Shown piece after piece: positions 46,312 to 56,273 of a stretch of DNA of 64,000 nt (positions within the stretch are counted from its first letter, which is position 1; each line of letters opens with the position of its first letter). The stretch spans positions 625 through 64,624 of the forward strand of contig JAHJQL010000075.1 in assembly GCA_018819065.1 (NCBI GenBank), written 5' to 3'. Both the position numbers and the translations under genes were made by a program. Source of the DNA: Nanobdellota archaeon (GTDB lineage Archaea > Nanobdellota > Nanobdellia > Woesearchaeales > GCA-2686295). Below the pieces are notes generated by a model. The model had not been told where the DNA came from. It ran no database searches and saw only the letters and a list, made by a program, of their open reading frames with translations.

Positions 46312-46631
46312 CTTTCAACCTCCTCAAACTCTTCTTTGTAAAGCCTAATTCCATACTCGCTTTTGCATATCCTATCATAGGTTTTCTTGTTAACGTCTAT
46401 TGGGACTGGCAATCCGATTGGTCTTGAATATTCATCAGGCACCTCATCAGGCATGCTGTCCCAGTACTTTTTCACGTAGAGGTCGCGGTCTTTGACGTTC
46501 TTGTGCAGAGAATACCCGTCAGGTCTAATCCCCCATCCTTTCTCAGATTCTATCCATTCTTGTTTTACGACTGTTTCAAGATTCTCTTTGTTTCTTGTCA
46601 TTTTATCACCTATTAGGATGGCAGATATCAA
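46308..46631 (-). CDS. Hypothetical protein
   Basis: 107-aa ORF overlapping the HAD gene by 4 nt. Confidence 0.5.
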   Translation of the reverse strand: MISAILIGDKMTRNKENLETVVKQEWIESEKGWGIRPDGYSLHKNVKDRDLYVKKYWDSMPDEVPDEYSRPIGLPVPIDVNKKTYDRICKSEYGIRLYKEEFEEVER

Positions 46632-46694
46632 GAAATATATTCTTTTTTCTTATTCTATATATTTAGAATATACTTATTTTTATTTTATATTCTA

Positions 46695-47621
46695 TTGAAA
46701 AAATTTATATACTTAAACGACTATCTTTATTCTGTGAAAAGAAGAGTAATAAAACAAGGAACAGCAACACTAACAATATCCTTGCCATCTGTCTGGACAA
46801 AAAAGTTTGACATAAAACCAGGCGATGAGATTGAAGTGGATGAACGCGGAAAAGAACTTTGCATATCTTCAGATAGCTATTTCTCACCTAAGAAAACACA
46901 ACTAGACATCTCAGGTTTTAGTATACCTATGATAAGACACTGTATCAACGGCATGTACATTAGAGGCGATGATGAGCTAAGAATAATCTTTGACAAACCA
47001 GAACTAATAGACATAATACAAAACTGCATAGACTTCAACATAGGATTTGCAATGATAAAACAAGAGAAGAACTCCTGCACGGTAAAAGACATATCAGGAA
47101 GCACCGATTCAGAGTTTGATAACATGCTAAAGAGAATATTCTATATGATAATATCATTTGGAGAAGACGGGCTAGAAATCATAAAAAAAGGCGAGCCGAT
47201 AAAAGACTTCTGGAAACGAGACTTAGCCATAGACAAGTACATCTATTACACACTGAGAATGTTAAACAAGAAAGGCCATCCACAATTTGAAAAAACAAAG
47301 TTTTACTATGATATACTGTTATTACTAGAACACTTGGCTGATGAGTACAATCGTTTATACAAGAACACAGAAAACACAAAACTTAGCAAAGAAGCAATAA
47401 AGACTTTTGAAGATGTCAATCACATGTTTAGAGATTTTTTTGATAATTTTTACAAATTTGAACAAAAAAAATCAAACGAGTTGATATTGAAAAGAAACGA
47501 GATAAGAAACAAGCTCTTGAAAGCCAAAAGCAATGATGATATAATAGTAATTTATTATTTGAGAAAAATAGCTGAGATGATAATAAATATATTGCAGGTC
47601 CAATTGCAACTAGTACTATAG
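46695..47621 (+). CDS. AbrB/SpoVT domain - PhoU-like domain protein (paralog of 16956..17966)
   Basis: KRRVIKQGTATLTISLPSVWTKKFDIKPGDEIEV, with a helical C-terminal region. Confidence 0.7.
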   Translation: MKKFIYLNDYLYSVKRRVIKQGTATLTISLPSVWTKKFDIKPGDEIEVDERGKELCISSDSYFSPKKTQLDISGFSIPMIRHCINGMYIRGDDELRIIFDKPELIDIIQNCIDFNIGFAMIKQEKNSCTVKDISGSTDSEFDNMLKRIFYMIISFGEDGLEIIKKGEPIKDFWKRDLAIDKYIYYTLRMLNKKGHPQFEKTKFYYDILLLLEHLADEYNRLYKNTENTKLSKEAIKTFEDVNHMFRDFFDNFYKFEQKKSNELILKRNEIRNKLLKAKSNDDIIVIYYLRKIAEMIINILQVQLQLVL

Positions 47622-47674
47622 AAAAGCTTTTATATACTTAATGAAACAAAAAATAATCGAAGAAGAGGAAGACG

Positions 47675-50600
47675 ATGACTAGGATACTAAAGTTGGAAAT
47701 GAAAGGATTTAAGTCATTTGCTTTCAAAACTGAAATACCGTTTGGTAATAAGTTTAACGTCATACTAGGTCCTAATGGGTGTGGAAAAAGCAACGTCTTA
47801 GACGCGCTGTGCTTTGTTCTTGGAAAATCATCAGCCAAAAGCTTGAGAGCTGAGAAATCTGCAAACCTCATATATAACGGAGGAAAATCAAAGAATCCAG
47901 CGAAAAAAGCAGAGGTGTCCATATACTTTGACAACTCAAAAAAAATATTTCCACTCAACACCCCGTCTGTGAAGTTAACAAGGACTATAAAGCCGTCAGG
48001 ACAGTCAAAATATGAGATAAATGATGAAACAAGGACGAGACAGCAGATACTAGATTTTCTAAGCATAGCAAACATAGACCCTGGTGGTTACAACATAATA
48101 TTGCAAGGAGATATAACACACCTAGTGGAGATGTCCACGATTGAAAGAAGGGGAATAATAGAAGAAATAGCAGGAATATCAGTGTATGAAAGCAAGAAAG
48201 AAAAAGCACTCAGAGAACTCTCAAGGATAGAGCAGAAACTAAACGAGGCAGAGATAATACTTGCTGAGAGAAAAGGATTCTTAAGAGAACTAAAAAAAGA
48301 GAAAGACCAGGCATTAAAATTCAAAGAACTAGACATTAACATTAAAAGAAACAGGGCAACAACACTTAACAAACAGATAACTGATAAAAAGACGAGACAA
48401 ACAGAGTTTGAAAAAGCCATAGACAAGAATACAAAAGAAATTAACACCATACAAAAAGCAGTTGACGAATTCAAAAAAAAGATTTCTCAAAAGAAAGAAG
48501 AGATAGGCAAGATAAACAAGGAAGTTGAAGAGAAAGGAGAAAAAGAACAAATAGAACTCAACAGAAACATTGAACACATGAAAGTTGCCCTCGCCCTAAA
48601 CAAGCAAAGAGTTGAGACTGTAACACAGGAATTGCAGAAAATAAACAACAGGAAAAAAGAGCTTGAAGAAAACAAAAAAGAACTTCAAAGAAAAATAACA
48701 GCAGCAGAACAAAACAAGAAAGACGCTGAAAAAACAATTAATCAAAAAGATTCTGAACTAAAAAAAATAGACGCAAAGATAGATGAATTTAAGAAAAAGA
48801 ATAATCTTGGAAACGCTCAGGAACTAGACAAACAAGTTGAAGAGATAGACTCAAAAGCAGAAGGAATACAAGGAGAGATAAACAAGCTTCGAGAAGAACA
48901 ACAAAACCTGTTCAGAGAGAAAGACAAGTATGAGATACTCCTGCAAAACATTGATGCAAAAATAGACAAAGTCCTCTCAGTAGAAAAAGAGAACAAAGAA
49001 GGAATCGCCAAGTTAAAGAATGACAAGAACAAATTCAAAGCAGCGACGACAGAATTAAACACTGGATTAGAAGACGAAGCGTCTATATCAGCACAACTAG
49101 ACAACGCGAGATCAAAATTATTATTAAGAAGAGAAGAGTTATCAAGACTAAACATCCGATCATCAGGCTTAAAAGAACAAATTGCCGGTGATAGAGCCAT
49201 AAAAGAAATTCTTCATTCTCCAATAACAGGCATACACGGGCTTGTAAGCCAGCTAGGAACAGTCAGCACAAATTATTCTCTGGCGCTTGGAATTGCTGCT
49301 GGAGGAAGAATAAAAAACATAGTTGTAGACAGCGACGCAATAGCCTCGGAATGCATTAAGTATCTGCGTGAGAAAAGATTTGGAACAGCAACATTCTTGC
49401 CACTAAACAAACTAAAACCACAACTAATCAATACAGAGATAAGAACGCTAAAAGGACCAGGAATAATAGGCCTTGCAATAGACCTAGTTAAATTCGAACC
49501 AGAATATGAAAGAGTATTCCAATACGTCTTTGGAAACACACTAGTTGTAGACAATCTTGATGTTGCAAGAAAGATAGGTGTTGGAAAAGTTCGAATGGTT
49601 ACAAAAACAGGAGACTTAGTAGAGACTAGTGGAGCAATGCAAGGAGGGTATAGAGAAAAATCAGCAGTAATGAGTTTTGCAGAAGAAGAAGTGTCAAGGC
49701 AGATAAAAATACTTGAATCAGAGATAAGAGATTTAGAAAGCGTCATAGGAAAACTTGAGAAGAAAAAGAAAGACAACGACCAAAGAATATCAATTCTTAG
49801 AAGCGAGAAAGCAGAACTAGAATCAGAGATACTAAAAGCGGAAAAGACTCTTCACATCGAATCAGGAGATTTTGACGCGACAAAAGAAGAGAAGAAAAAA
49901 ATATCTACAGAGATAAAAGTTTTAGAAGAAAAGACTCAGAAGATAACATCAAACATATCAAAGAAAAACGTTGAACTAGCAAACTTTAAGTCTGGAAAGC
50001 AAGAGTTAAGAGACCAAATAACTGCTCTTAGAAACCCTGCACTGCTTGCAGAGATGAACACGTTTGAACAGAAAAAACAAGAATTAAAAGAAGAACTATC
50101 TGACTTGAGAGGAGATGTCAAGAATGCAGATTCTGAACTGACAAACATATTAAAACCAGAAAAAGATAATATAGACAAGATATTAACACAACAACTAATA
50201 AAAGAAAAAGACAACTTCGAAGCCGAGAAGAAAAGACTGGATGAGGAAATAAAGACTCAGACAAAAAACTTATCAGACAAAGAGAAAAAACAAAAAGAGT
50301 TCTACTCACAATACACTGGACTATTCAACCAGAGATCAAAACTAGAAAAAGAGATATCAGCGTCTGAAAACACCACAAACAACAAGTCTGAAGAGATAAG
50401 AAGGATTGAGAACAAAAACAACGCACTATCTTTGGAAAGAGCAAAGCTGATAGGTGAGCTTGAAGGGCTTGAAGAAGAATTCAAGAAATACAAAGATGTT
50501 GAGCTATTCAAGAATAAGTCAGAAGAAGACATAGCAAAAGAGATACAGCAATTCGAAAGAATGGTCCAAGAGCTTGGAGCAGTCAACATGAAAGCACTTG

Positions 50601-51166
50601 AACTATACGAGAAAGCTGAGAAAGACTATGATTCATTGATGGTGAAGAAGGATAAGCTTTCAAGCGAAAGACAAGACATACTAGTAATGATAAACGAGAT
50701 TGACAGCAAGAAAAAAGACTTGTTCATGAAGACATTCGATGTTATTAACAAGAACTTTCAAAAAATATTTTTAACACTTTCAACTAAAGGACGCGCATAC
50801 ATACATCTGGAGAATCCAAAAGACCCGTTTGAAGCAGGGGTTGAGATAAAAGTAAAACTAACAACTAAGAAGTTCATGGACATAAGAAGCTTAAGTGGTG
50901 GAGAAAAAACGATGACTGCACTAGCATTCCTATTCGCAGTGCAAGAACACGAGCCAGCATCATTTTACATACTTGACGAAGTAGACGCATCCCTTGACAA
51001 GAAAAACTCTGAGAAACTAGCAGAGCTAATAACTGAATACTCCAAGAGAGCACAGTATGTAATAATCAGCCACAACGATGGAATAATAACACATGCAGAG
51101 AACTTATTTGGCGTAAGCATGAACCACCAGCAGGGAATAAGCAAGGTGACTAGCTTAAAGATATGA
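47675..51166 (+). CDS. smc: Chromosome segregation protein SMC
   Basis: Walker A GPNGCGKSN, long coiled coils, a hinge (GTATFLPLNK), signature LSGGEKT, and Walker B ILDEVDASLD. Confidence 0.95.
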   Translation: MTRILKLEMKGFKSFAFKTEIPFGNKFNVILGPNGCGKSNVLDALCFVLGKSSAKSLRAEKSANLIYNGGKSKNPAKKAEVSIYFDNSKKIFPLNTPSVKLTRTIKPSGQSKYEINDETRTRQQILDFLSIANIDPGGYNIILQGDITHLVEMSTIERRGIIEEIAGISVYESKKEKALRELSRIEQKLNEAEIILAERKGFLRELKKEKDQALKFKELDINIKRNRATTLNKQITDKKTRQTEFEKAIDKNTKEINTIQKAVDEFKKKISQKKEEIGKINKEVEEKGEKEQIELNRNIEHMKVALALNKQRVETVTQELQKINNRKKELEENKKELQRKITAAEQNKKDAEKTINQKDSELKKIDAKIDEFKKKNNLGNAQELDKQVEEIDSKAEGIQGEINKLREEQQNLFREKDKYEILLQNIDAKIDKVLSVEKENKEGIAKLKNDKNKFKAATTELNTGLEDEASISAQLDNARSKLLLRREELSRLNIRSSGLKEQIAGDRAIKEILHSPITGIHGLVSQLGTVSTNYSLALGIAAGGRIKNIVVDSDAIASECIKYLREKRFGTATFLPLNKLKPQLINTEIRTLKGPGIIGLAIDLVKFEPEYERVFQYVFGNTLVVDNLDVARKIGVGKVRMVTKTGDLVETSGAMQGGYREKSAVMSFAEEEVSRQIKILESEIRDLESVIGKLEKKKKDNDQRISILRSEKAELESEILKAEKTLHIESGDFDATKEEKKKISTEIKVLEEKTQKITSNISKKNVELANFKSGKQELRDQITALRNPALLAEMNTFEQKKQELKEELSDLRGDVKNADSELTNILKPEKDNIDKILTQQLIKEKDNFEAEKKRLDEEIKTQTKNLSDKEKKQKEFYSQYTGLFNQRSKLEKEISASENTTNNKSEEIRRIENKNNALSLERAKLIGELEGLEEEFKKYKDVELFKNKSEEDIAKEIQQFERMVQELGAVNMKALELYEKAEKDYDSLMVKKDKLSSERQDILVMINEIDSKKKDLFMKTFDVINKNFQKIFLTLSTKGRAYIHLENPKDPFEAGVEIKVKLTTKKFMDIRSLSGGEKTMTALAFLFAVQEHEPASFYILDEVDASLDKKNSEKLAELITEYSKRAQYVIISHNDGIITHAENLFGVSMNHQQGISKVTSLKI

Positions 51167-51169
51167 TTA

Positions 51170-52306
51170 TTAGCCTTTCTTTTTCTTATCTATTACTTCG
51201 TTTATTAACTTCATTATATTTTCAGAGGTTGTGTTCCAGTTAAAATTTTTAATAACTGTTTTTCTAGCATTATGACCAATTCTTGTTCTGAGACTAGAAT
51301 CATTTATGAGGATCTCTATTTTCTTTGCTAGGTCGTAGGGGTGGTGTTTTTCAAAAAAGAATCCGTTCTCACCTTCTTCTAAGTAGTCGTTTACAAACCC
51401 GACCTTTGTAGATATCACAGGGACTTCGCATGACATTGCTTCAAGTGTTGAAAGGGAGGTGGTCTCTGTGAGTGATGGTAAGACGTATATATCCATTGCT
51501 TGAACCCATGGAATCACGTCGTCTTGCTGGCCTGCGAATAATATGTCTACTTTGTCCTTGAAAATGTTTTCGATGTCTCTTTGTCCAGAGCCAACAATCA
51601 ACAACTTAGCGTTATCATTTATTGATCTTATCCTAATAAATGCTCTAAGAAGTGTTTTTAAGTCTTTCTCACGGCCAATCCTTCCATGGTACCCTATGAC
51701 TATGTCTTCGTGTTTAAAACCAGCTTTTTTCTTTGCTTCATTCTTGTCTCCTTTAACGAATTTGTCAGTGTTTACGCCTAGGTGAACGATGTCTTTTTTT
51801 GTCTTTATATTCTGCCATGAAAGCATGTCTGCAACGTTGTCTGCGGGTACAATTAAGAGGTCTGCTTTGTTGTAGAGGAACCTGACAAGCTTTTTTGTTA
51901 ATGGATAAACTGGTTTTTTTATGAAAGACATAGTTATTGCTTTTGGAAACAATTCCCACTCGATGTTGTGGATGAATGATATTAGTGGCTTGAAATTGTT
52001 TTTAGCGGCTAGTATAGATGCAATTCCTATAGGTCCAATTGTTTGTGTGAAGACTGCGTCAGCGTCTTTTATTATCTTTTTTATCTTGAAGTATTGAAAC
52101 TTTGCTATTCTAAAATCTCCAAATGTTATCTTAGTTAGCGGTATCTTTATCACTTTAACATTTTTCATCTCTGGAGAATTCCCAAAGTCTGGTGCGATGA
52201 CTATTATTTCATACTCTTTTGAAATCCTTGGAATTATCTCTGATAAAAATCTTGCAATGCCATCCCATCTTGGCAGGTAGTTGTCTGTTGCGATTACAAT
52301 TTTCAT
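51170..52306 (-). CDS. Glycosyltransferase family 4 (GT-B)
   Basis: The C-terminal EGLGSxxLEAM-type segment is present as ETTSLSTLEAMSCEVPVI. Confidence 0.8.
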   Translation of the reverse strand: MKIVIATDNYLPRWDGIARFLSEIIPRISKEYEIIVIAPDFGNSPEMKNVKVIKIPLTKITFGDFRIAKFQYFKIKKIIKDADAVFTQTIGPIGIASILAAKNNFKPLISFIHNIEWELFPKAITMSFIKKPVYPLTKKLVRFLYNKADLLIVPADNVADMLSWQNIKTKKDIVHLGVNTDKFVKGDKNEAKKKAGFKHEDIVIGYHGRIGREKDLKTLLRAFIRIRSINDNAKLLIVGSGQRDIENIFKDKVDILFAGQQDDVIPWVQAMDIYVLPSLTETTSLSTLEAMSCEVPVISTKVGFVNDYLEEGENGFFFEKHHPYDLAKKIEILINDSSLRTRIGHNARKTVIKNFNWNTTSENIMKLINEVIDKKKKG

Positions 52307-52956
52307 CTTAGTTTATAGAAAACCTCTGCGTATTTCATCTTATATTTTCTTCCGTTCAAAAAATCCTTCACATACATTAATATGAGTGCGAATAGGTTGA
52401 TGAATCCATAAAATCCAAACTGGCTTTTAAAAGTTTTCAATGCTTTTGTCTTGATGGAGAATGTTTCGGATGTGTCGACTAGTAATCTTGGGTGCTTCTT
52501 CTTATCCCACCTAAACGGGTTCCAGATGTCAAAAGCGTAAACTTCAATCTTTTCATCCATTTTGTCAACTGTTTCTAAGACTAGATTGCTAATCTTTCTA
52601 TGACCTGGATGTGCATCTTTTGGAGAATGGGTGAATATCTTTTCAGGCTTAAACTCAATTATTACTTTTTCAAGGTTTTTCTTTGCTTCTTTGTAATAAC
52701 TCTTCTTAAAGCTCTTCTCAATGTAATTGAAGAAGTTAACGCCTTTTCCTCCAATGATTTTGTCAGCTTTTAAGGATTCATCCATTCTCGTGCTTACAAT
52801 TATTTCTTCTTTAAAATGAGGGTGGGTCTCTTCTCCGCTGAAAAAAATTATAGTCTTTACAGTGCTTCCTTCCTTTGCATACTTTGCAGTCGTGCCCCCT
52901 GCGCCTAATATTTGGTCATCGGAGTGTGCTGCAATGATTAATATGTTATCAGCCAT
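52303..52956 (-). CDS. PIG-L/LmbE-family N-acetylglucosaminyl deacetylase
   Basis: AHSDDQILGAGGT and HPGH motifs. It overlaps the GT4 gene by 4 nt. Confidence 0.8.
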   Translation of the reverse strand: MADNILIIAAHSDDQILGAGGTTAKYAKEGSTVKTIIFFSGEETHPHFKEEIIVSTRMDESLKADKIIGGKGVNFFNYIEKSFKKSYYKEAKKNLEKVIIEFKPEKIFTHSPKDAHPGHRKISNLVLETVDKMDEKIEVYAFDIWNPFRWDKKKHPRLLVDTSETFSIKTKALKTFKSQFGFYGFINLFALILMYVKDFLNGRKYKMKYAEVFYKLR

Positions 52957-53044
52957 TATTATATTGATTAAATTCGTAATTTATTAAAGTTTGTGTTAAC
53001 AAACGTTTTTTTTAAGAAATTTTATAAATTTAACAATTTACGTT

Positions 53045-53398
53045 ATGTTTATGGCTGATAAGATTAAGACTATGAAGGATGCTCAAAAGTTGGTTAAGAA
53101 TTTTTCTGAGAGGAATAAGTGGAAGGATGTTCCAAATATAGACAAGTTTGACCATTTGCATGAGGAATTGATTGAGATGTCTCAGCACTTAAGATATAAA
53201 TCTGAAGAGGAGCGGGTCGCGTTTGTGAATGAGCATAAAGAGATTTTTGTTGATGGTGTTGGTGATTTGTTCTTCGCGCTTTGCAGGCTTGCAAACCAGC
53301 TAGGAGTTGATGTTGAAGAGGCTTTTAATATTGTTCAAAAAGAAATATTGACTAAGTATAATCATGAGAATTCAGAGAATAATATTGTAAAAAAATAG
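53045..53398 (+). CDS. MazG-like nucleotide pyrophosphohydrolase
   Basis: EELIEM...E...GDLFF helical EExxE/D pattern in a small all-alpha protein. Confidence 0.65.
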   Translation: MFMADKIKTMKDAQKLVKNFSERNKWKDVPNIDKFDHLHEELIEMSQHLRYKSEEERVAFVNEHKEIFVDGVGDLFFALCRLANQLGVDVEEAFNIVQKEILTKYNHENSENNIVKK

Positions 53399-53452
53399 GG
53401 TGTTGATATTTGTTTAAACAAATCCGCATTCGTTAATTTTAAGCTGTTTTTT

Positions 53453-54592
53453 ATGAAAACCTTTTTAAGTATGTTTGTTTTTCTACTGGCGGGTGATACC
53501 ATGGGAATTAATATTTTTAAGATGGACAAAAATCTGATAATATCGTTTAACAGAGTTAAACGCGATGTCTTTTCATTATTAAAAGCCAAGGAAGAACATT
53601 CAAATCTATTAGAACAAATTAACTCCAAACAGCACAACTTCTCAGTAAGAATTGATGAGTTATATGACATGATTAAAAGATTAAGTGATGTGAGCATAGA
53701 TATTATTGAATTAAACAACAGAGTATCGTCCTATGAATTAACACTCAAAAATGTAGATGAAAAAAAATATGTTTATTTTGAAAAAGAAATGTCTAAGATA
53801 AAAGAAAATCTGGCTGTGCATAACGAATTGTTAAATGCTCTAAGAACAAATCAAAAACAGATCTTGGATAAATTAACAGACAACAACAAGAGAATGAATG
53901 ATTTATCAGCTTACACTGAATCGATAAAAGCCAGCACGTCAACAATAACTAACAATTTTAAAAAAATAACTGTTTCTCAGAATAGCTTTATGAAATCTTC
54001 TGCTTCAAAAGAGAAAAAGTTAGAAAAGAGTTATTCAAGTCTGCTTCGCAAGATTGTAGCGAATAAAGAGGCTTTAGACAAGTTAAAAGAGAATCAGAAA
54101 AACTTAAAAAGCAAAGTCAAAAAATCATCGCAAACAACTTTGGTCGCTAAAAAAATTGTGAGTAGAAAGAATTTGTTTGGCTCTTTAAGGTCTAATCTGG
54201 AACTAGTTGAGGGGATAGGCCCAGAATACGCAAAAAGACTAATTGGAATTGGAGTCAAGACGACAAAACAGCTTCTTAAACAAGGCGCAACCAATGATGG
54301 CCGAGAACTAATATCAAACAGGTCTGGTTTTAGCAAATCAACAATACTTGAATGGGTGAATCGTGTTGATCTTATGAGAGTTAGCGGTGTTGGAGAGGAA
54401 TACTCTGATCTTTTAGAAGAAGCAGGTGTTGATACAGTGCCTGAGCTTGCACAAAGAAATACTGAGAATCTCTATGAGAAAATGATTGAGATTAATAAAG
54501 AGAAAAACCTTGTTAGAAACACTCCTTCTTTGAAAAGTGTTAAGAACTGGGTGTCTCAAGCGAAGAAACTACCAAAAATTATTGAGTATTAG
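53453..54592 (+). CDS. Coiled-coil protein with C-terminal DUF4332-type helix-hairpin-helix repeats
   Basis: EGIGPEYAKRLIGIGVKT and VSGVGEEYSDLLEEAGVDT HhH-like repeats follow a long coiled region. Confidence 0.6.
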   Translation: MKTFLSMFVFLLAGDTMGINIFKMDKNLIISFNRVKRDVFSLLKAKEEHSNLLEQINSKQHNFSVRIDELYDMIKRLSDVSIDIIELNNRVSSYELTLKNVDEKKYVYFEKEMSKIKENLAVHNELLNALRTNQKQILDKLTDNNKRMNDLSAYTESIKASTSTITNNFKKITVSQNSFMKSSASKEKKLEKSYSSLLRKIVANKEALDKLKENQKNLKSKVKKSSQTTLVAKKIVSRKNLFGSLRSNLELVEGIGPEYAKRLIGIGVKTTKQLLKQGATNDGRELISNRSGFSKSTILEWVNRVDLMRVSGVGEEYSDLLEEAGVDTVPELAQRNTENLYEKMIEINKEKNLVRNTPSLKSVKNWVSQAKKLPKIIEY

Positions 54593-54611
54593 ATTTAAAA
54601 AAAATAAAAAA

Positions 54612-54815
54612 TTATTTTAATTTACTTAAAACTTTATTTTTGTCTAGATACTTGTAGAACTCTGTTCGGCAGTCATCTTTACTTGCCTTTTTAAATTGTT
54701 CACAAGTTTTCTTCATAGCACTAATATTTTCTTTTGTTTGTTTTTTTCCAAACTTTCTCAAAATATATTTCATCTCATGTTCTTGATCGCATGAGACTTG
54801 TTCTCTGTCGTTCAT
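54612..54815 (-). CDS. Small hypothetical protein
   Basis: 67-aa ORF with no motif. Confidence 0.35.
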   Translation of the reverse strand: MNDREQVSCDQEHEMKYILRKFGKKQTKENISAMKKTCEQFKKASKDDCRTEFYKYLDKNKVLSKLK

Positions 54816-54861
54816 TCTTACACCCCCTGTTTTTTTTTAAACTTGAAAAATAAAAATAATT

Positions 54862-55167
54862 TTATTTCTTCGTAATCTTGTCTTCTTTTAAGACTTTCTT
54901 TGCAATCACAAATACAACCCATGCGATTATCACAAAGTTTATTACTGCGCCTAAGAATGCCCCCCAACTAATTACTATTGGACCTAAGCTAAAGGTTGCA
55001 GTCTGCCACGCTCCGCCTGGTATAAATGGTGTTATTATTGGCATTATTACGTTGTTTACTAGCGATTGTACTAGCGCTGTTGCAGCGACTCCTATAATAA
55101 ATGCAACTGCTAAACCAATAATTTTGTACTCTTTCAAGAAGTCCTTAAATTCTTTCATCATACCCAT
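54862..55167 (-). CDS. mscL: Large-conductance mechanosensitive channel
   Basis: FKDFLKEYKIIGLAVAFIIGVA...LVNNVIMPII matches the conserved MscL TM1 region. Two TM helices. Confidence 0.85.
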   Translation of the reverse strand: MGMMKEFKDFLKEYKIIGLAVAFIIGVAATALVQSLVNNVIMPIITPFIPGGAWQTATFSLGPIVISWGAFLGAVINFVIIAWVVFVIAKKVLKEDKITKK

Positions 55168-55277
55168 GTTGGTTACCCCCTAAATAATATTAGATTTTTT
55201 CTTACATTTATAAAGTTTTTTTTAAACAAAAGCTTTTTTAACTTTGAATGGTTGTTTTACCTTTTGAGATGACTAAG

Positions 55278-55452
55278 ATGAACTGGCTTGTTTATTCGTT
55301 ACTAGCACTTTTGATGTGGAGTTTTTGGGCTTTTTCTTGAAAGTTTTCGATTAAGCATGGCTCCTAAGAGTGTGCTTTTATGAGAGATTGTTGGTGCTGC
55401 AGTCGTTGGAATTCTTTTAGCTTTGGTTTCCATAATTCTTCTCTCTATGTAG
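55278..55452 (+). pseudogene. Decayed small DMT/EamA-like membrane protein gene
   Basis: MNWLVYSLLALLMWSFWAFS* is followed, in a shifted frame, by MAPKSVLL*EIVGAAVVGILLALVSIILLSM*. There is one frameshift and two internal TGA stops. Confidence 0.5.
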
Positions 55453-55512
55453 TTACTAATTAGTAGTTAAAAATAGAAAAGTTTATAAATGATGAGGATA
55501 TAATATTCTCTA

Positions 55513-56145
55513 ATGAACTCAAACTTTTTTGCTGAACTAAAAGAACTACAAGCAAAATCAATAGAATCAATACTGAAAGCAAGAACTAAAAACGAATTTG
55601 AACCAAACTATCAATTCCCATACCACATCGGTGTAATAAACGATTTCTACCTCTTAGAAGCAATATACCATGCTACTAAAGGTTTTGATGGGACACAAAA
55701 CTTCATAGACCCATGCTGCGCAGATGGATTTTCACTAATACTAGCAAACAAAGCAGGTTGTAATGCTTACGGCTTAGAAATTGAGAGTGCACTAGTAGAT
55801 GTAGCAAAGAAAAATATTAAAACAGCGCAAGAAAAAGACTTGATAGATGAGAGCTATGAGATGAAAGTAGCACAAGGAGACATGTTTAACCTTGGCGCAT
55901 ACAAAAAACTAGGCAAAAAATTTGACGAATACGACTTGTTTTATCTTTATGCTTTGAAAAGCAACGAGACACCATTCCTAAAACAATTCTCAGAAAGTGC
56001 AAAAGACGGTGCAAAGATAATAATCGTTCCAGAGATAAAAGAAAGAAAAGAAGGTTATATATTAAACGAACTAAGAAACTTGCAGCCACTGTCAGAAGAA
56101 AAGCAAGGAGTAAGAAGATTTTACAAGATATATGAGAAGAGATAG
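55513..56145 (+). CDS. Class I SAM-dependent methyltransferase-like protein
   Basis: FIDPCCADGFSLILANKAGCNAYGLEIE resembles motif I plus the acidic loop. Confidence 0.55.
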   Translation: MNSNFFAELKELQAKSIESILKARTKNEFEPNYQFPYHIGVINDFYLLEAIYHATKGFDGTQNFIDPCCADGFSLILANKAGCNAYGLEIESALVDVAKKNIKTAQEKDLIDESYEMKVAQGDMFNLGAYKKLGKKFDEYDLFYLYALKSNETPFLKQFSESAKDGAKIIIVPEIKERKEGYILNELRNLQPLSEEKQGVRRFYKIYEKR

Positions 56146-56223
56146 ATTCTTAAGTTAACTTTGAGAATAACAGAATAAATCTTTCAAGAAGATATTAATA
56201 TTTATTTCCTAAACAATCCTTAC

Positions 56224-56262
56224 GGGCACATTTTAGCGAAAGATTTAAATAGTTATGTGCCC
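56224..56262. promoter_or_regulatory. Inverted repeat GGGCACAT-N23-ATGTGCCC spanning a TATA-like tttaaata upstream of the first Fic gene
   Basis: 8-bp perfect arms at 56224-56231 and 56255-56262, with the start codon at 56274. GGGCACA recurs at 57196 and 57229. Confidence 0.45.
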
Positions 56263-56273
56263 ATATAAATTAT

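Noticed and set aside
47638-50589. Numerous 60-170-aa antisense or off-frame ORFs inside smc (for example 47638..48075, 49273..49776)
   Set aside because: They are artefacts of the long, purine-rich (AAG/GAA) coiled-coil coding sequence. The translations are low-complexity Ser/Phe/Leu-rich, and they are fully contained in a well-supported 1163-aa gene.
44322-55383. Stop-codon reassignment (TAG or TGA read as sense) as an explanation for the interrupted Lnt-like and EamA-like genes
   Set aside because: The EamA-like remnant also carries a frameshift, so TGA read-through alone would not restore it. I noticed no other in-frame TAG or TGA inside otherwise intact genes in this window. Mutation or sequencing error is therefore more parsimonious for the single TAG in the Lnt-like gene.
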